The notes below the pieces were generated by a model, which did not search any database, was not told the DNA's origin, and saw nothing but the letters and a program-made list of their open reading frames with translations. Both the position numbers and the translations under genes were made by a program. Below, one piece after another: positions 1 to 14,105 of a stretch of DNA of 64,000 bases (position 1 is the stretch's first letter; the number at the start of each line of letters is the position of its first letter). The stretch is from Eledone cirrhosa (Eukaryota): NCBI GenBank assembly GCA_964016885.1, contig OZ024744.1:57598001-57662000 (forward strand), read 5' to 3'.

Positions 1-125
1 CAAATGGGTTAAATCAAGAGGGTGCGTTAGCGTGTGAAAGCCTTAAGATATGTGTATGTAAATATATATGTGTGTGTGACTGTGTGTGTATAAGTGTAAG
101 TGTGTATATGTGTGAGTGTGTGTGT

Positions 126-405
126 GTGTGAAAGATAGTGGGCTGTAGAAGTTGGAAATCAAAGGGTGTGAAAGGTGGTAGGTTGTAAAATATGTGTGCG
201 TGTATAAATATAGAAGTGTGTGTGTGTAAGCGTATGGGTATACATGTGTGTGTGTAACTGTGTATGTATATGTGTGAGTGCGTTTGTGTGTGAAAGATAG
301 TGTGCTGTAGAAGCTGGAAATCAAAGGGTGTGAAAGGTGGTAGGTTGTAAAAACATGTGTGCGTGTAAAATATAGAAGTGTGTGTGCATGCGTATGGGTA
401 TGCAT
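126..405. repeat. Two-copy tandem duplication (period ~160 bp) in the PLE 3' flank
   Basis: gtgtgaaagatagtg..ctgtagaag..ggaaatcaaagggtgtgaaaggtggtaggttgtaaaa occurs at ~126 and ~288. Confidence 0.8.
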
Positions 406-459
406 ATACGTGCGTGTGTGTGAATATAGCAGGCCGTAGGCTGTGAATGGTCATTATGG

Positions 460-858
460 TTAAATTAGCCATGTCAGCTCATTTCTCTCAGCCCGGTTGT
501 TAAGTGGGGGTCTGAGGTTCTTAATAACAAGTGCTTCCTTTATCCTTAAGGATCCGATGCTGCGTTCAGTCGCTAGGACTGTGACCAAGGGTCTACCCTG
601 TGGGTTTCCGCATTTGAGGATATGTTTACGGAAGGAAGATGCGTTGGTGTTGATATGTTCCTTGATACGAACATGTAGGGGTCGGATGGTGCTACCTATG
701 TAAAACTTGTTACATTTATCGCATTGAATCTTATATACGACATAGGTGCGTAGGCAATCTGCCCCCCGTATCGGGCAGTTGCTGAGGGAACAAGTCCTAT
801 CTGCCTCGTAGGGTTTGTTGGAGAGGCATCTTCGCAGCGAAGGTCCTGTGTGGGCCAA
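460..858 (-). mobile_element. Penelope-like element (PLE) 3' fragment encoding a GIY-YIG endonuclease
   Basis: Translation CSLSNCP..CLRTYVVYKIQCDKCNKFYIGSTIRPLHVRIKEH..HILKC..EALVIKNLRPPLN has the VVY/YIG/R..EH/E/N pattern and Cys linker of PLE endonucleases; 5'-truncated next to a TA tract. Confidence 0.85.
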
Positions 859-964
859 ATGTATGTCAAGTCCCTCCGTACGTATGGCCCTGCGGATGGC
901 GTTCGTGGTATATTCACTCAGGTGGGGGATTTTAAAGAAGCACCTGCTAATATTAAGTTTTCTA

Positions 965-1205
965 GTATATATATATAAAAGTATATATTAAGTTTTCTAG
1001 TATATATATATAAAAGTATATATATATATATACACACACATACATATATACACATACACACACACATACACATACATACACACACACACACATATATACA
1101 CATAAATACACTCACACACATACATACAAACACAAATATACATGTGTATACATATACACACAAATACATATAGACATATATACATACATATACACAGACA
1201 CATAT

Positions 1206-1263
<58 letters not shown>

Positions 1264-1316
1264 TATATATATACATACACACACACATACACATATATAT
1301 ACACACACATACGTAT

Positions 1317-1393
<77 letters not shown>

Positions 1394-1398
1394 TACAT

Positions 1399-1436
<38 letters not shown>

Positions 1437-1443
1437 AACAGAT

Positions 1444-1483
<40 letters not shown>

Positions 1484-1490
1484 ACCACAT

Positions 1491-1545
<55 letters not shown>

Positions 1546-1644
1546 TATACACACAAACACACACACACATATATATACATATACATATATATATATATAT
1601 ATATACATTCATATATATATAACCATATACATATATACATATAT

Positions 1645-1689
<45 letters not shown>

Positions 1690-1761
1690 AACAAATATAT
1701 ATACACATACAAACACACACACACACATACATACACACACACACATATATATAACTATATA

Positions 1762-1816
<55 letters not shown>

Positions 1817-1847
1817 ACACATATACACATATATAAGGAAAAAGCAC

Positions 1848-1879
<32 letters not shown>

Positions 1880-2028
1880 CATACACATATATATATACAT
1901 ATATATACACACACATACATATATATATATATATACACATATATATACACATATATATACGTATACACACATATATACACACACCCATATATATACATAT
2001 ACATATACACACATATATACACACATAT

Positions 2029-2066
<38 letters not shown>
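965..2066. repeat. Compound (TA)n/(CA)n microsatellite
   Basis: Seen directly; ORFs here are YI/CV dipeptide artefacts. Confidence 0.98.
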
Positions 2067-2068
<2 letters not shown>

Positions 2069-2698
2069 GGAGGGTCATATTTGCGTAATATTGCCAGAAT
2101 TAATAACAGAACACACTCACTGTTTGGTTGGTTTTCGCTTCTCGCTGTCTTTTATATATATATATCTGCGATCTAACTTACTCGGTCCTCAATGTTGCCA
2201 TTGACTGACCGGCGGTCAAAAATAATACAGATACAATATAGACAAACACATATATATATAGTTTACATAATTTACATAAATCTTTCGTTGCACATCTGCA
2301 ACATCGTCAGTGGTGTTATATTCATTGTTCCCCCTGTTGTGTTGTATGTCTACGCCATTTTTTTTTGTTCAGTCTGTCTATATATTTATTTATTTATTTG
2401 CTTGTTTGTTTATCTTATTTTATTTTGTCTTCTTTGCGCATGCGTTTGCGTGTGTGTATAGTGTTATGTGTGATGTGTGACTAGTGTGTATAGTGTTGTG
2501 TCTGCTGGGTGACTAGTGTGTGTTTATGTGCTTGTGTATGTATTTATTTATCTTATTTTATTTATTTTATTTAATTTACTTATTTATTTATACTTCTCTT
2601 AGGTCAGTGTTGTTTGTTTGGGTGTTGTTGTTGTTCCACTCATTCTTTCTGTTTAGCTTTGGTCTTCTAATTTCTATTTCAAAACTAATTCATCGCCG

Positions 2699-2699
<1 letters not shown>

Positions 2700-2733
<34 letters not shown>

Positions 2734-3471
2734 CACATAAATATATACATATATATATAAAAATATACAGACACATACAAACATACACACACACATATAT
2801 ACACATATATATATATATATATATATACACATACAAACACACATACAAACATACATATACACATATATATAAACATATATATACACTTATATACACGCAT
2901 GTATATATATATATATATATACACATATATATATATATAACACATATATATACACATATATATACATATACACACATACAAACATACATATACACATATA
3001 TATAAACATATATATACACTTATATACACGCATGTATATATATATATATATATACACATATATATATATATACACATATATATACACATATATATACATA
3101 TACATACATATATACACACACATATACATATTATATATACACATATACACACACATACACACACACATATATACACATACACACACACATACATACCTAC
3201 ATATATATATATATATTTATATACATATATATATATATATATATATACATACATATACACACACACATACATATATACACGCACACACATATATACACAT
3301 ATATATACACACACACACACATACACATGCATATGTATAAATATTTATATATACACATATACATATATATACATATATATATCCATACATATACAAACAT
3401 ACACATACATACACAGACCTATACATAAATATACACATATATATACAGACATATAACGCATATATACACAC

Positions 3472-3544
<73 letters not shown>

Positions 3545-3635
3545 TATATACACACACGCGCATACACACATACACACACACACACACACAAATATATATA
3601 CACACTCTCTCTCACGCACATATATATACATATAC

Positions 3636-3696
<61 letters not shown>

Positions 3697-3767
3697 TATA
3701 TACATACATACATACATACATATACACATGTATACATATATATATATAAATATATACACACACATAC

Positions 3768-3825
<58 letters not shown>

Positions 3826-3880
3826 ATATATATATATATACATACATATATACACATACATATACATATATATATATATA
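2700..3880. repeat. Compound (TA)n/(CA)n microsatellite
   Basis: Seen directly. Confidence 0.98.
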
Positions 3881-4490
3881 TGGTGGCTGCCAACTCGTTT
3901 TCGAGTACGGCCACTACTTTATATCCATGTAGGAGAACCCCTACCGATGCGCTGAACGAGTGTGACTTTTTAGTCCAGCCAGCGACTTGAAAACTCTGGT
4001 ACAAACACTACACTTGTGACAATTACTGACACATAGTGCTGGGCCCATGGTACCATGTGACGACAAGTGCAGAGAGATCTCCAGATATAAAGCAATGCCT
4101 GTGCCGTGAAGCTTTTATAGTGAGCAAAGGCACTGCACAAAGCCAGTCCCACTCTCTTAACCAAGATGATATTTACCAAAAAGAAGAACAAGTCAACATC
4201 ATTGGATACCATCAGGGTTGCAGGTGTTATATCAGAGTTTTCCTTCTCCTAGAATTCTGCCTTGACAAAGGCTAAGGGGTCATCTCTCCCGGTGATTTTG
4301 GATGGCCATTGACTCTTAAGAGCTCCTTTGCCCTTTGACAGGTTTTGTTTTTAGTCCTGCAGGATGTCGAAAGTCACCCTCCTCACCAAGAAACCTTGGT
4401 GGGGTTGCCAGTTTAGTCGCCAACGACCCGACCATGGGACAGGTTGTACTGGGATACATGTTACCAGTAGCACCAACTGGTGACCTGACA
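3881..4490. mobile_element. Probable non-coding retroelement fragment (RTE/RTEX-like UTR)
   Basis: GC-richer block between TA tracts; GAGTTTTCCTTCTCCTAGA..TGCCTTGACAAAGGCTAA resembles an RTE-type UTR motif; no intact ORF. Confidence 0.4.
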
Positions 4491-4564
4491 TATATATATA
4501 TATATAAACATATATACATACAAATACACACACACATATATATATACACACCTGCCCACACAAC

Positions 4565-4607
<43 letters not shown>

Positions 4608-5665
4608 CATCATCATCATCATCATCAACGTTTAACGTCCGTGTTCCACGCTTGCATGGGTTTGGACGGGGGTAGTCCCACTTGAGGCAAGAGTGATTGT
4701 CTTGCTCGCATAGGACTGTCTGGCAGGTTTTCTACAGTTGGATGCCCTTCCTAACACCAACCACATTTACAGTGTGGGTCTGGGAGGTTTTTACCGTGTT
4801 GCCTACACGGCCACATTACAGCGTGGACTGTGTGTTTTTTTGTCGTGACACCTACACGATCTCATTTGTTTCGGCCTGGATGGCGCGGCAACAACATAAC
4901 TTTACATAGAACGGGGTGGTGTGGATGGGGTGGGGGTGGTGGCGGGACGGGGTGTAGTTTGTTAGAGATGCCTACTGGCAAGGCGGGTCTTCTCTGTTAC
5001 TGAGTACCGCCAAAGGTCACGGTCCAGTGACATTGTCTTGGAGAGGTGTAAGTGTGTGAGGTCGGAGTTTATCAGCTCATCCCATGTTTTTCTAGGTCTG
5101 CCTATTCCGTGGCTACCGTCTATCTTTATTGCCCTGCACTTTGTAATACAGCTATCGACTTTCATGCGCATCACGTGTCCATACCAACGCAGCCTTCTCT
5201 CGAGTAAACAACATCTGATCCCTCTTATCTCTAATTTTTTCCTTAGTTCGTTTATGCTTTGCCGTTCACGTATATTACTGTTACACATCCAGCGGAGCAT
5301 GCAAGCTTCGTTCCTCTCTAGTCTGCGTATATCCTCTGCACACAATGCCCAGGTCTCACTACCATGCAACATTGCTGTTCGTATGCAGGCATCGTACAAC
5401 CTGCCTTTCATTTTTAGGGAGAACCCTTTAGCAGCTAATAGTGGTATAAGCTCTCTGAACTTTTTCCAACCAGTTCTGACTCTAGCTACAGTACTTTCAG
5501 AGCACCCTCCCCCACTGCTGATTTTATCGCCCAGGTAACGGAAGCTGTCCACTATTTCTATAGAACCCTCTGCGCAATTGAAAGAGCTAGTATTTTGTGG
5601 GCACTTGCTGCTACTTATTGCACCAGAACACCGGCCACATGTAAAGTCTATGTTCTTAGTTAGCT

Positions 5666-5666
<1 letters not shown>
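4608..5666 (-). mobile_element. RTE-clade LINE, 5'-truncated (family A)
   Basis: [57 protein letters not shown] (C-terminal region after RT); ends in (GAT)n tail abutting TA tract. Confidence 0.92.
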
Positions 5667-5700
<34 letters not shown>

Positions 5701-5718
5701 GCACACACATACACACAT

Positions 5719-5865
<147 letters not shown>

Positions 5866-6029
5866 TACATACATATACATACACATACATACATAAACAT
5901 ACATACGTACATACACATACATACATACACACATATACACATATATATATATATATACATATATATACACATATATATACATACATATACATACATAAAT
6001 ATACACACATAAAACACATACACACACAA

Positions 6030-6086
<57 letters not shown>

Positions 6087-6329
6087 TACATATACACTCA
6101 TACAAACAAATATATACACATACAAATAAATAGGTACTCAATAAATATACGCATATACGCAGGCACATAAAGACACCTCTACAGGCAGAAAATGTAGATA
6201 CGAAAGAGGTACTCACATAACCATAGTGGCCGTATTTCAGGTTGAGGAGGGGTGGGGGTAGGGTGGGGTGGAGGTATAGGGGCCAATAGGGGGGGGTCGT
6301 TTTTAGCCATCGGGCTTTAACACTGGCTT

Positions 6330-6552
6330 AAAGTGTTTGAAAGTTGCAAAGTTCTTGTGCATGCAGTTCGGGCAGTGTTCAGAGAGTTTGTTCAGTAGCG
6401 GGCCCTTGGCGAATAAAATTTCGTAGCTCTCTGAAATACAAAGGTCGCAGCCCTTGTGTCCTCTGTTGTAAGAGCGCGCTTTCTGGAGTATTTTCCATTT
6501 AAACGTGAAGGGGGTGGAGTTCCTTTTGATGTCCCATACGTAGGAGGCGAGT
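6330..6552 (-). mobile_element. PLE GIY-YIG C-terminal fragment
   Basis: Hand translation [54 protein letters not shown] parallels the ORF at 24553-25272. Confidence 0.8.
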
Positions 6553-6553
6553 G

Positions 6554-6586
<33 letters not shown>

Positions 6587-6601
6587 GTATATATATATAT
6601 G

Positions 6602-6632
<31 letters not shown>

Positions 6633-6675
6633 GTATATATATATGTGTATATATATATATGTATATATATATATG

Positions 6676-6754
<79 letters not shown>

Positions 6755-6997
6755 GTATATATATATATGTATATATATATATGTATATATATATATGTAT
6801 ATATATATATATGTATATATATATGTATATATATATATGTGTGTATATATATGTGTATATATATATATATGTATATACATATATGTGTGTATGTATATAT
6901 ATATGTATATATATGTATATATATATATGTATATATATATATGTGTGTATATATATTTATATATGTATATATATATATGTATATATATATATGTGTG

Positions 6998-7030
<33 letters not shown>

Positions 7031-7045
7031 GTATATATATATATG

Positions 7046-7076
<31 letters not shown>

Positions 7077-7093
7077 GTATATATATATATGTG

Positions 7094-7158
<65 letters not shown>

Positions 7159-7418
7159 GTATATATATATATGTATATATATATATATGTGTATATATAT
7201 ATGTATATATATATATGTATATATATATATGTGTATATATATATGTATATATATATATGTATATATATATATGTATATATATATATGTATATATATATAT
7301 GTATATATATATATGTATATATATATATGTGTGTATATATATATATATGTATATATATATATGTGTATATATATGTGTGTATATATATGTGTGTATATAT
7401 ATATATATATAATATATA
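6553..7418. repeat. (TA)n/(TATG) microsatellite
   Basis: Seen directly. Confidence 0.98.
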
Positions 7419-7560
7419 TGCAGTAAGAAACACAGTAAACCGTGTGTATAATATTACAAGGGTTGAAAAACCACATTTGTTTGAAATATTTAACCAAGAA
7501 GCAGACAGAATGATAAAATAAAAATATATTATTATACAAACCGCCTCAATAACCATTATA

Positions 7561-7641
7561 TCTCTTGGACAGATTATCCCTAATCTGTTTCGCCCTGAGT
7601 GTGTTTGGAACAGATAATCCTTGGACATCATCAGCGAGAGA
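7561..7641 (-). ncRNA. Type I hammerhead ribozyme motif with long stem III
   Basis: Minus strand: tctctcg-CTGATGA-tgtcc..gggc-GAAA-cagatta-ggga-taatct-GTC-caagaga. Confidence 0.75.
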
Positions 7642-7784
7642 AATATTAGACACACGGTTTACTGTTTCTTACTGCATATATATTATTATACGGCTCAGTA
7701 TTTTATACTTGGAGCTTAATAGTTACAGGGTTTCAATTGGAGTTTTAACTCTAATTTTCATTTATATATATATATATGTATATA

Positions 7785-8190
7785 TCATCATCATCATCCT
7801 CGTTTAACATCCATTTTCCATGCTAGCATGGGTTAGACAGGAGTTGTCCCAATTTGAGTCAAGGTTGGTCGGGTGACCGTGTCTCGCTCATATAGGACTA
7901 TCTGGCAGGTTTTCTATGGCTGGATACCCTTCCTAACACCAACCACATTTACAGTGTGGAACTGGGAACTTTTTACCGTGTTACCTACACGGCCACATTA
8001 CAGCGTGGACTGTGTGTTTTTTGTTGTGACACCTACACAATCTCGATCTCATTATCTTATTTATTTGGACTGGATGTTGGGGTACCAACTTTACAGAGAG
8101 AGGGTGGTGTTAGTGGGAGGATAGGGTAGGGGTAGTGGATTCTGGTGTATATTTGGTTAAGAGGTGCCTACTGACTGTAGGTTTTGCTTT
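7785..8190 (-). mobile_element. RTE family A 3' module / RTE-derived SINE
   Basis: Same sequence blocks as 4608-4975, with (GAT)n tail and no ORF. Confidence 0.8.
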
Positions 8191-8250
8191 GTACATGTAT
8201 ATATGTATATATATAGGTGTACATGTATATATGTATATATATATATATAT

Positions 8251-8460
8251 AATGAAGGAAATGTGGTAAGGAAACAGGTGGACCATAACGCACCAAAGTA
8301 CTCAATACTTAGGGTAGTAGAGTGGGTAATAGGAACGAGTAGGACCCCGATGGCTAATTCTGGACTAAATGAAAATTTTTATCCTGGTATTTGAATAGCC
8401 GAGCTTCTCAGGGGGTAATTCCATATATGGTAAAAGTGATTGTCACAAGGATTGGTCAAA
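8251..8460 (-). mobile_element. PLE terminal-repeat family fragment with internally deleted hammerhead
   Basis: gtggtaagga..caggtggaccataacgcaccaaagtactcaatactt shared with 22370-22447, 29171, 31388, 54261. Confidence 0.7.
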
Positions 8461-8482
8461 AGTTTGTTGTTGAGAAATAATG

Positions 8483-8618
8483 ATTATTTCTGAAGACGGC
8501 GGGTAGTGAAGACGTATGTATCTTTTTCTTACTATGATATTTTGTAATATGTTTTACATAGATCAATAATTGAATGAACATACAGGGAACTACCCCCCAG
8601 AATCGATCGTAAAATAAT
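8483..8618 (+). ncRNA. Decayed type I hammerhead motif (long stem II insert)
   Basis: attattt-CTGAAGA-cggcgggtagt..actacccccca-GAAT-cgatc-GTA-aaataat; GAAA mutated to GAAT. Confidence 0.6.
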
Positions 8619-8676
8619 GTGTTTTACTATGAATTAACAGTTTTATGTTTAATTTCATTCTTTTAATATTTCTATG

Positions 8677-8707
<31 letters not shown>

Positions 8708-8724
8708 GTATATATATATATATA

Positions 8725-8767
<43 letters not shown>

Positions 8768-8787
8768 GTATATGTATATATGTATGT

Positions 8788-9105
8788 ATCATCATCAGCA
8801 TCATCATTTTATGTCCGCTTTTCCCTGCTTGCAAGGGTGGGACGGGAACTGATTCTGGCTTGATTTCTACAGCTGGATGCCCTTCCTAACACCAACCTCA
8901 TTTACAGTGAGTGCTGGGTGCTTTTTTGCCGTGGCACCTCCACGACCACTTTGCAGTGGAATGATAGGGACCCCAGCTGAGTAAACTGGAGCAATGTGAA
9001 ATAAAGTGTCTTGCTCAAGGAAACAACACATCACCCGGTCTGAGAATTGAACTCACAACCTTTCGATTGCAAGGCCAATGCTCTAGCCACTAAGGCATGT
9101 GCCTC
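8788..9105 (-). mobile_element. Composite SINE: tRNA-like head plus RTE-type tail
   Basis: Minus strand has A-box-like TAGTGGCTAGAGCA and B-box GAGTTCAATTCT, then the GGAAGGGCATCCAGCTGTAGAAA module and (GAT)n tail; truncated copy at 50122-50376. Confidence 0.75.
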
Positions 9106-9196
9106 TATGTATATATATATATGTATAAAATATATGTATATATATTTATGTATATATATATATATGATCAAAAGATGGTTAAAAGAGTTCCAGGTA

Positions 9197-9263
9197 TTTT
9201 ATTATGCGCATTTCAAAAACAAATATTATCATGGGATGATATCTGCGTTCTCATCAGATAAAA
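9197..9263 (-). ncRNA. Minimal type I hammerhead motif
   Basis: Minus strand: ttttat-CTGATGA-gaacgcagatat..atatttgttttt-GAAA-tgcgc-ATA-ataaaa; palindromic TGCGCA stem III; relative at 21129-21193. Confidence 0.8.
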
Positions 9264-9350
9264 TAGGGAGACATGATATGAAGCTTAAAAAAACACTTGT
9301 GGATAGTTCAGTTTTAAATCAACATATATATGTATATATATATTTATATA

Positions 9351-10780
9351 TCTATAATATTATAAAGCTGAGCGCCATGTGTATTATGTATGTATGTATG
9401 TATGTATGTATCCTACACACCTCTCTATAGTTTCTTATCTTTACTCTCTCCATCGCTCTTCTCTCTCTCTATAATAGATCATTTCCCCGCTCTATAATTT
9501 AACTGCTTTACTCTCTCTGTTGCTCTTCACTCTCTATATGGCAACACTGTTTTAGTTTCCGTATCTCCTTTCAATATATACACATAGAGAGAGAGAGAGA
9601 TTTAAAGAAAGATTAGGAAAACTACACACACACATCTACAGAGAGACAGAAAAAGAGAGAGATAGGCTGTTAGACAAAAAGAGATACAATTAAAGTGTTA
9701 GTTATTCACAGAGAGACAGAGAGAGACAGAGGGGGACCAGCAAGTGACCGAATTTCCAATGACGTTAAATCAAGTATCGGCATTAAAATGATTTTGAAAT
9801 AAACAATATGTATGATCAAATGTAGCGGTGATTGAAAAATAATGTTCATTTCCGTGGTATATCTTTCATCTGTTGTCGCTCGCATAAGTAACACACACAC
9901 ACAAATACACATACTTTCGCACCTGATTTCGCCAATTGCCGGATAACATCAAAACAAAACACACAGATGCACATACACACATACACAAACACACATACAC
10001 ACACACACACATATCTATACTTATAAAGCTGACGGACGTATGTATGTATGTATGTATGTATGTATGTATGTATGTATATTAACAACACAGCTTAACTCTT
10101 TCTTTTTAAACTAATTTCTACGGTAGCTCCTCCCCTTTGCTACGAAGTCGGAAGGACAATGTGACACGGGAGGGTGTGTGGTATCTTTGCAGTGGAGTAG
10201 TGGGGGCAGGTATACCTAGCCGGGCGCCAGTCGGACGGGCCAGCTAGTATATATATATATATATATAACGGAAGATGTCTGTCTGTGTGTGTATGATTTT
10301 TATGCATTTCCACATTTCTCTACCGATTTTGATAATTTTTTTTCCAATGTGCTCCAAATTTACCAACAATGGTCAACGCGTAATAAACTTTGGCAAAAAT
10401 TTCCTGCTTCTATGAAAAAAATCGATAAAACTAAATACATGCTGTAACCCTCTCTCTTACATCCTTATTCACTCTCTCTACTACCCAACAGCGACAAAAC
10501 TTCGTTCAGGAACGCGACATAAACTTTGAAAACTAAGCAACACATCATTTTATACAACAAAAACAGTCATAACACTCTCTCCGTCGCTCTTCCCTCTCTC
10601 TCTATAGTAGATCATTCTCCCTCTCTATAATTTAACTGCTTTACTCTCTTCATGCTTTGAAGTTTAACACACCTCCCTATAGTTTCTTAGCTTTACTCTC
10701 TCCATCGCTCTTCCCTCTCTCTATAATAGATTATTCCCCCTCTCTATAATTTAACTGCTGGGGGAGTCATTGGAGTTCCG
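9351..10780 (+). mobile_element. Cluster of putative non-autonomous Helitron-like fragments
   Basis: TCTATA..ATAAAGCTGA starts (9351, ~10013); GC-rich imperfect hairpin followed by CTAG|T at 10218-10248; repeated ctctctataatttaactgct blocks. Confidence 0.45.
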
Positions 10781-11403
10781 TATTGACATACGGCTTTTCT
10801 GGGGTATTTTAAATCGGCTTATTGCAAATAACAACCCGCAAAATAACACTTCATATAACAGATTAATGCTATAGACATATGAATCGGAATATTTAAATTA
10901 TTTATTTTTTACGACTTTCATTGGTTAAATATTAATATGACAACACCCATAGTGTTGTACTTCTGGCAATTCTGCCGAATACACTGCCAAGGATAACATT
11001 TTTCCCCTTGGCGTCAGATATCCTGTTCGATTTCCGGCGATCCCAATCCCAATTAATTAATTAGTTTTAAGTTATATTATATGATAAAATAAAATGACAG
11101 AGATGAAATAAATTTAGGGAGAGAAATATAAAGATAAAGAGTGAAAAATAGAGATATATAAAATAAGAATGTAAATATAAGAGGTTTTTATGTTGTTCTT
11201 TGATAGATGATGACAATTATAATTATAATTATAATTATAATGATGATGATGTTGATAATGTGATATCATAATAGATCCAAGTGGTACAATCTGGGTTATG
11301 GAATAGATAAGATAGAATTAAGCTGGTCTAAAGTTCTCAAATTTAGTTGCCGATTTATGTCGATAAAAAATGTTTTTTTTCAATTTTACTGTTAAGAAGA
11401 ATT

Positions 11404-11404
11404 G

Positions 11405-11435
<31 letters not shown>

Positions 11436-11641
11436 GTGTATATATATATATATATGTATGTATATATATATATATATGTATGTATGTATATATATATGTA
11501 TGTATATATATATATATGTATATGTATGTATGTATATGTATATATATATATGTATATGTATATATGTATGTATATATATATATTTGTATATATATATGTA
11601 TATATATGTATGTGTATGTATGTATATATATATATACATAC

Positions 11642-11675
<34 letters not shown>

Positions 11676-11677
11676 AT

Positions 11678-11711
<34 letters not shown>

Positions 11712-11880
11712 ATGTATGTATATATGTATGTATATATATATGTATGTATATATATATATATATGTATGTATATATATATGTATGTATATATATATGTATG
11801 TATATATATATATATGTATGTATATATATATATATATATATGTATGTATATATATATGTATATATATATGTATGTATATA

Positions 11881-11927
<47 letters not shown>

Positions 11928-12445
11928 ATATATATATGTATGTATATATATATGTATGTATATATATATATGTATGTATGTATATATATATATATGTATG
12001 TATATATATATATGTATGTATATATATATATATGTATGTATATATATATATATATATATGTATGTATATATATATGTATGTATATATATATGTATGTATA
12101 TATATATGTATGTATATATATATATATATGTATGTATATATATATGTATGTATATATATATATATATGTATGTATATATATATGTATGTATATATATATA
12201 TATATGTATGTATATATATATATATATGTATGTATATATATATATGTATGTATATTATATGTATATATGTATGTATATATATGTAGGTATATTATATATA
12301 TATATATATATGTATGTATATATATATGTATGTATATATATATGGATGTATGTATATATATGTATGTACATATATGGATGTATGTATATATATATGGATG
12401 TATGTATATATATATGTATGTATATATATGGATGTATGTATATAT
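11404..12445. repeat. (TA)n/(TATG)n microsatellite
   Basis: Seen directly. Confidence 0.98.
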
Positions 12446-12554
12446 TTTTTTCAAATAATATTATATACACTCGTTTTTCCTTGGATATCTCCAAATAATC
12501 AAAAACTATTAACATCCTCAAACAACCAAACTCACATCCATAAGAGAGAATATA

Positions 12555-13907
12555 TCATCATCATCATGATCATCATTTAACGTCCGTGTTCCACGCTTGC
12601 ATGGGTTTGGACGGGGGTTTTCCCACTTGAGGCAAGAGTGATTATCTTGCTCGCATAGGACTATCTGGCGGGTTTTCTACAGCTGGATGCCCTTCCTAAT
12701 ACCAACCACATTTACAGTGTGGGGCTGGGAGGTTTTTACCGTGTTGACTACATGGCCACATTACAGCGTGGACTGTCTGGCGGGTTTTCTACAGCTGGAT
12801 GCCCTTCCTAACACCAACCACATTTACAGTGTGGGGCTGGGAGGTTTTTACCGTGTTGCCTACACGGCCACATTACAGCGTGAACTGTGTGTTTGTTTCG
12901 GCCTGAATGTTGTGGCACCAACATAACTTTACATTGAAAGGGGTGGTGTGGATGGGGTGGGGGTGGTGGGACGGGGGTGTATTTTGTTAGAGATGCCTAC
13001 TGACTGTAGTAGGTTTTATTTTGTATTTAAGTAAGGCGGGTCTTCTCTATTACTGAGTACCGCCAAAGGTCTCGGTCCAGTGACATTGTCTTGGAGAGGT
13101 GTAAGTGTGTGAGGTCGGAATTTATCAGCTCGTCCCAGGTTTTTCTGGGTCTGCCTATTCCGTGGCTACCGTCTATCTTTATTGCCCTGCACTTTGTTAT
13201 ACAGCTATTGTCTTTCATGCGCATTACGTGACCATACCAACGTAGCCTTCTCTCGAGTAAACAACATCTGATCCCTCTTATTTCTAATTTTTTCCTTAGT
13301 TCGTTTATGCTTTGCCGTTCACGTATATTACTATTACACATCCAGCGGAGCATGCAAGCTTCGTTCCTCTCTAGTCTGCGTATATCCTCTGCACACAATG
13401 CCCAGGTCTCACTGCCATGCAACATTGCTGTTCGTATGCAGTCATCATACAACCTGCCTTTCATTTTTAGGGAGAACCCTTTAGCGGCTAATAGTGGTAT
13501 AAGCTCTCTGAACTTTTTCCATCCAGTTCTGACTCTAGCTACTGTACTTTCAGAGCACCCTCCTCCACTGCTGATTTTGTCACCCAGGTAACGGAAGCTG
13601 TCCACTATTTCTATAGAACTCTCTGCGCAGTTGAAAGAGCTAGTATGTATGGGCACTTGCTGCTACTTATTGCACCAGAGCACCGGCCACATGTAAAATC
13701 TATGTTCTTAGTTAGCTTACCTGTGATCCCACTACATCTTTTATGCACCCATACTTTGCATTTGGGACACAAAATGGAGTTTCTACCTACGCCTTTCCTA
13801 CACACTGAGCATGGCCACTTCCCGGAAGGGACCGCCGCCTTATTTTCTTTCTTACAAACTAGAACTTTAGTCTTAGCCAGGTTAATTTTAAGGCCTTTTG
13901 ATTCTAG
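12555..13907 (-). mobile_element. RTE LINE family A, 5'-truncated and frameshifted
   Basis: ORFs 13027-13656 and 13611-13805 (Cys-rich CSVC..CPKC..HKRC..CGRC insert); 3' module has an internal ~105-bp duplication. Confidence 0.92.
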
Positions 13908-14069
13908 ATATATATATATATATATATATATTAGAAAGAGAGGTTTTTTTTACAAAATGAAAAATAACCGAGGTGTCCTACACGAGTGAAAGTATAAAGA
14001 AAAAAAGATGAAATCGAAAATGCAACTGGAGTCTTATTTTTAAAAAATATATATATATTTATTTGGTTC

Positions 14070-14105
14070 CTTTACCGGTTTCGCAGTTCTTCTGCCTTTC
14101 AAAAG
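14070..14105 (-). ncRNA. Variant or decayed minimal hammerhead motif
   Basis: Minus strand: ctt-TTGAAAG-gcag-aagaa-ctgc-GAAA-ccg-GTA-aag; U3-A8 pair, A9 replaced by G. Confidence 0.5.
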
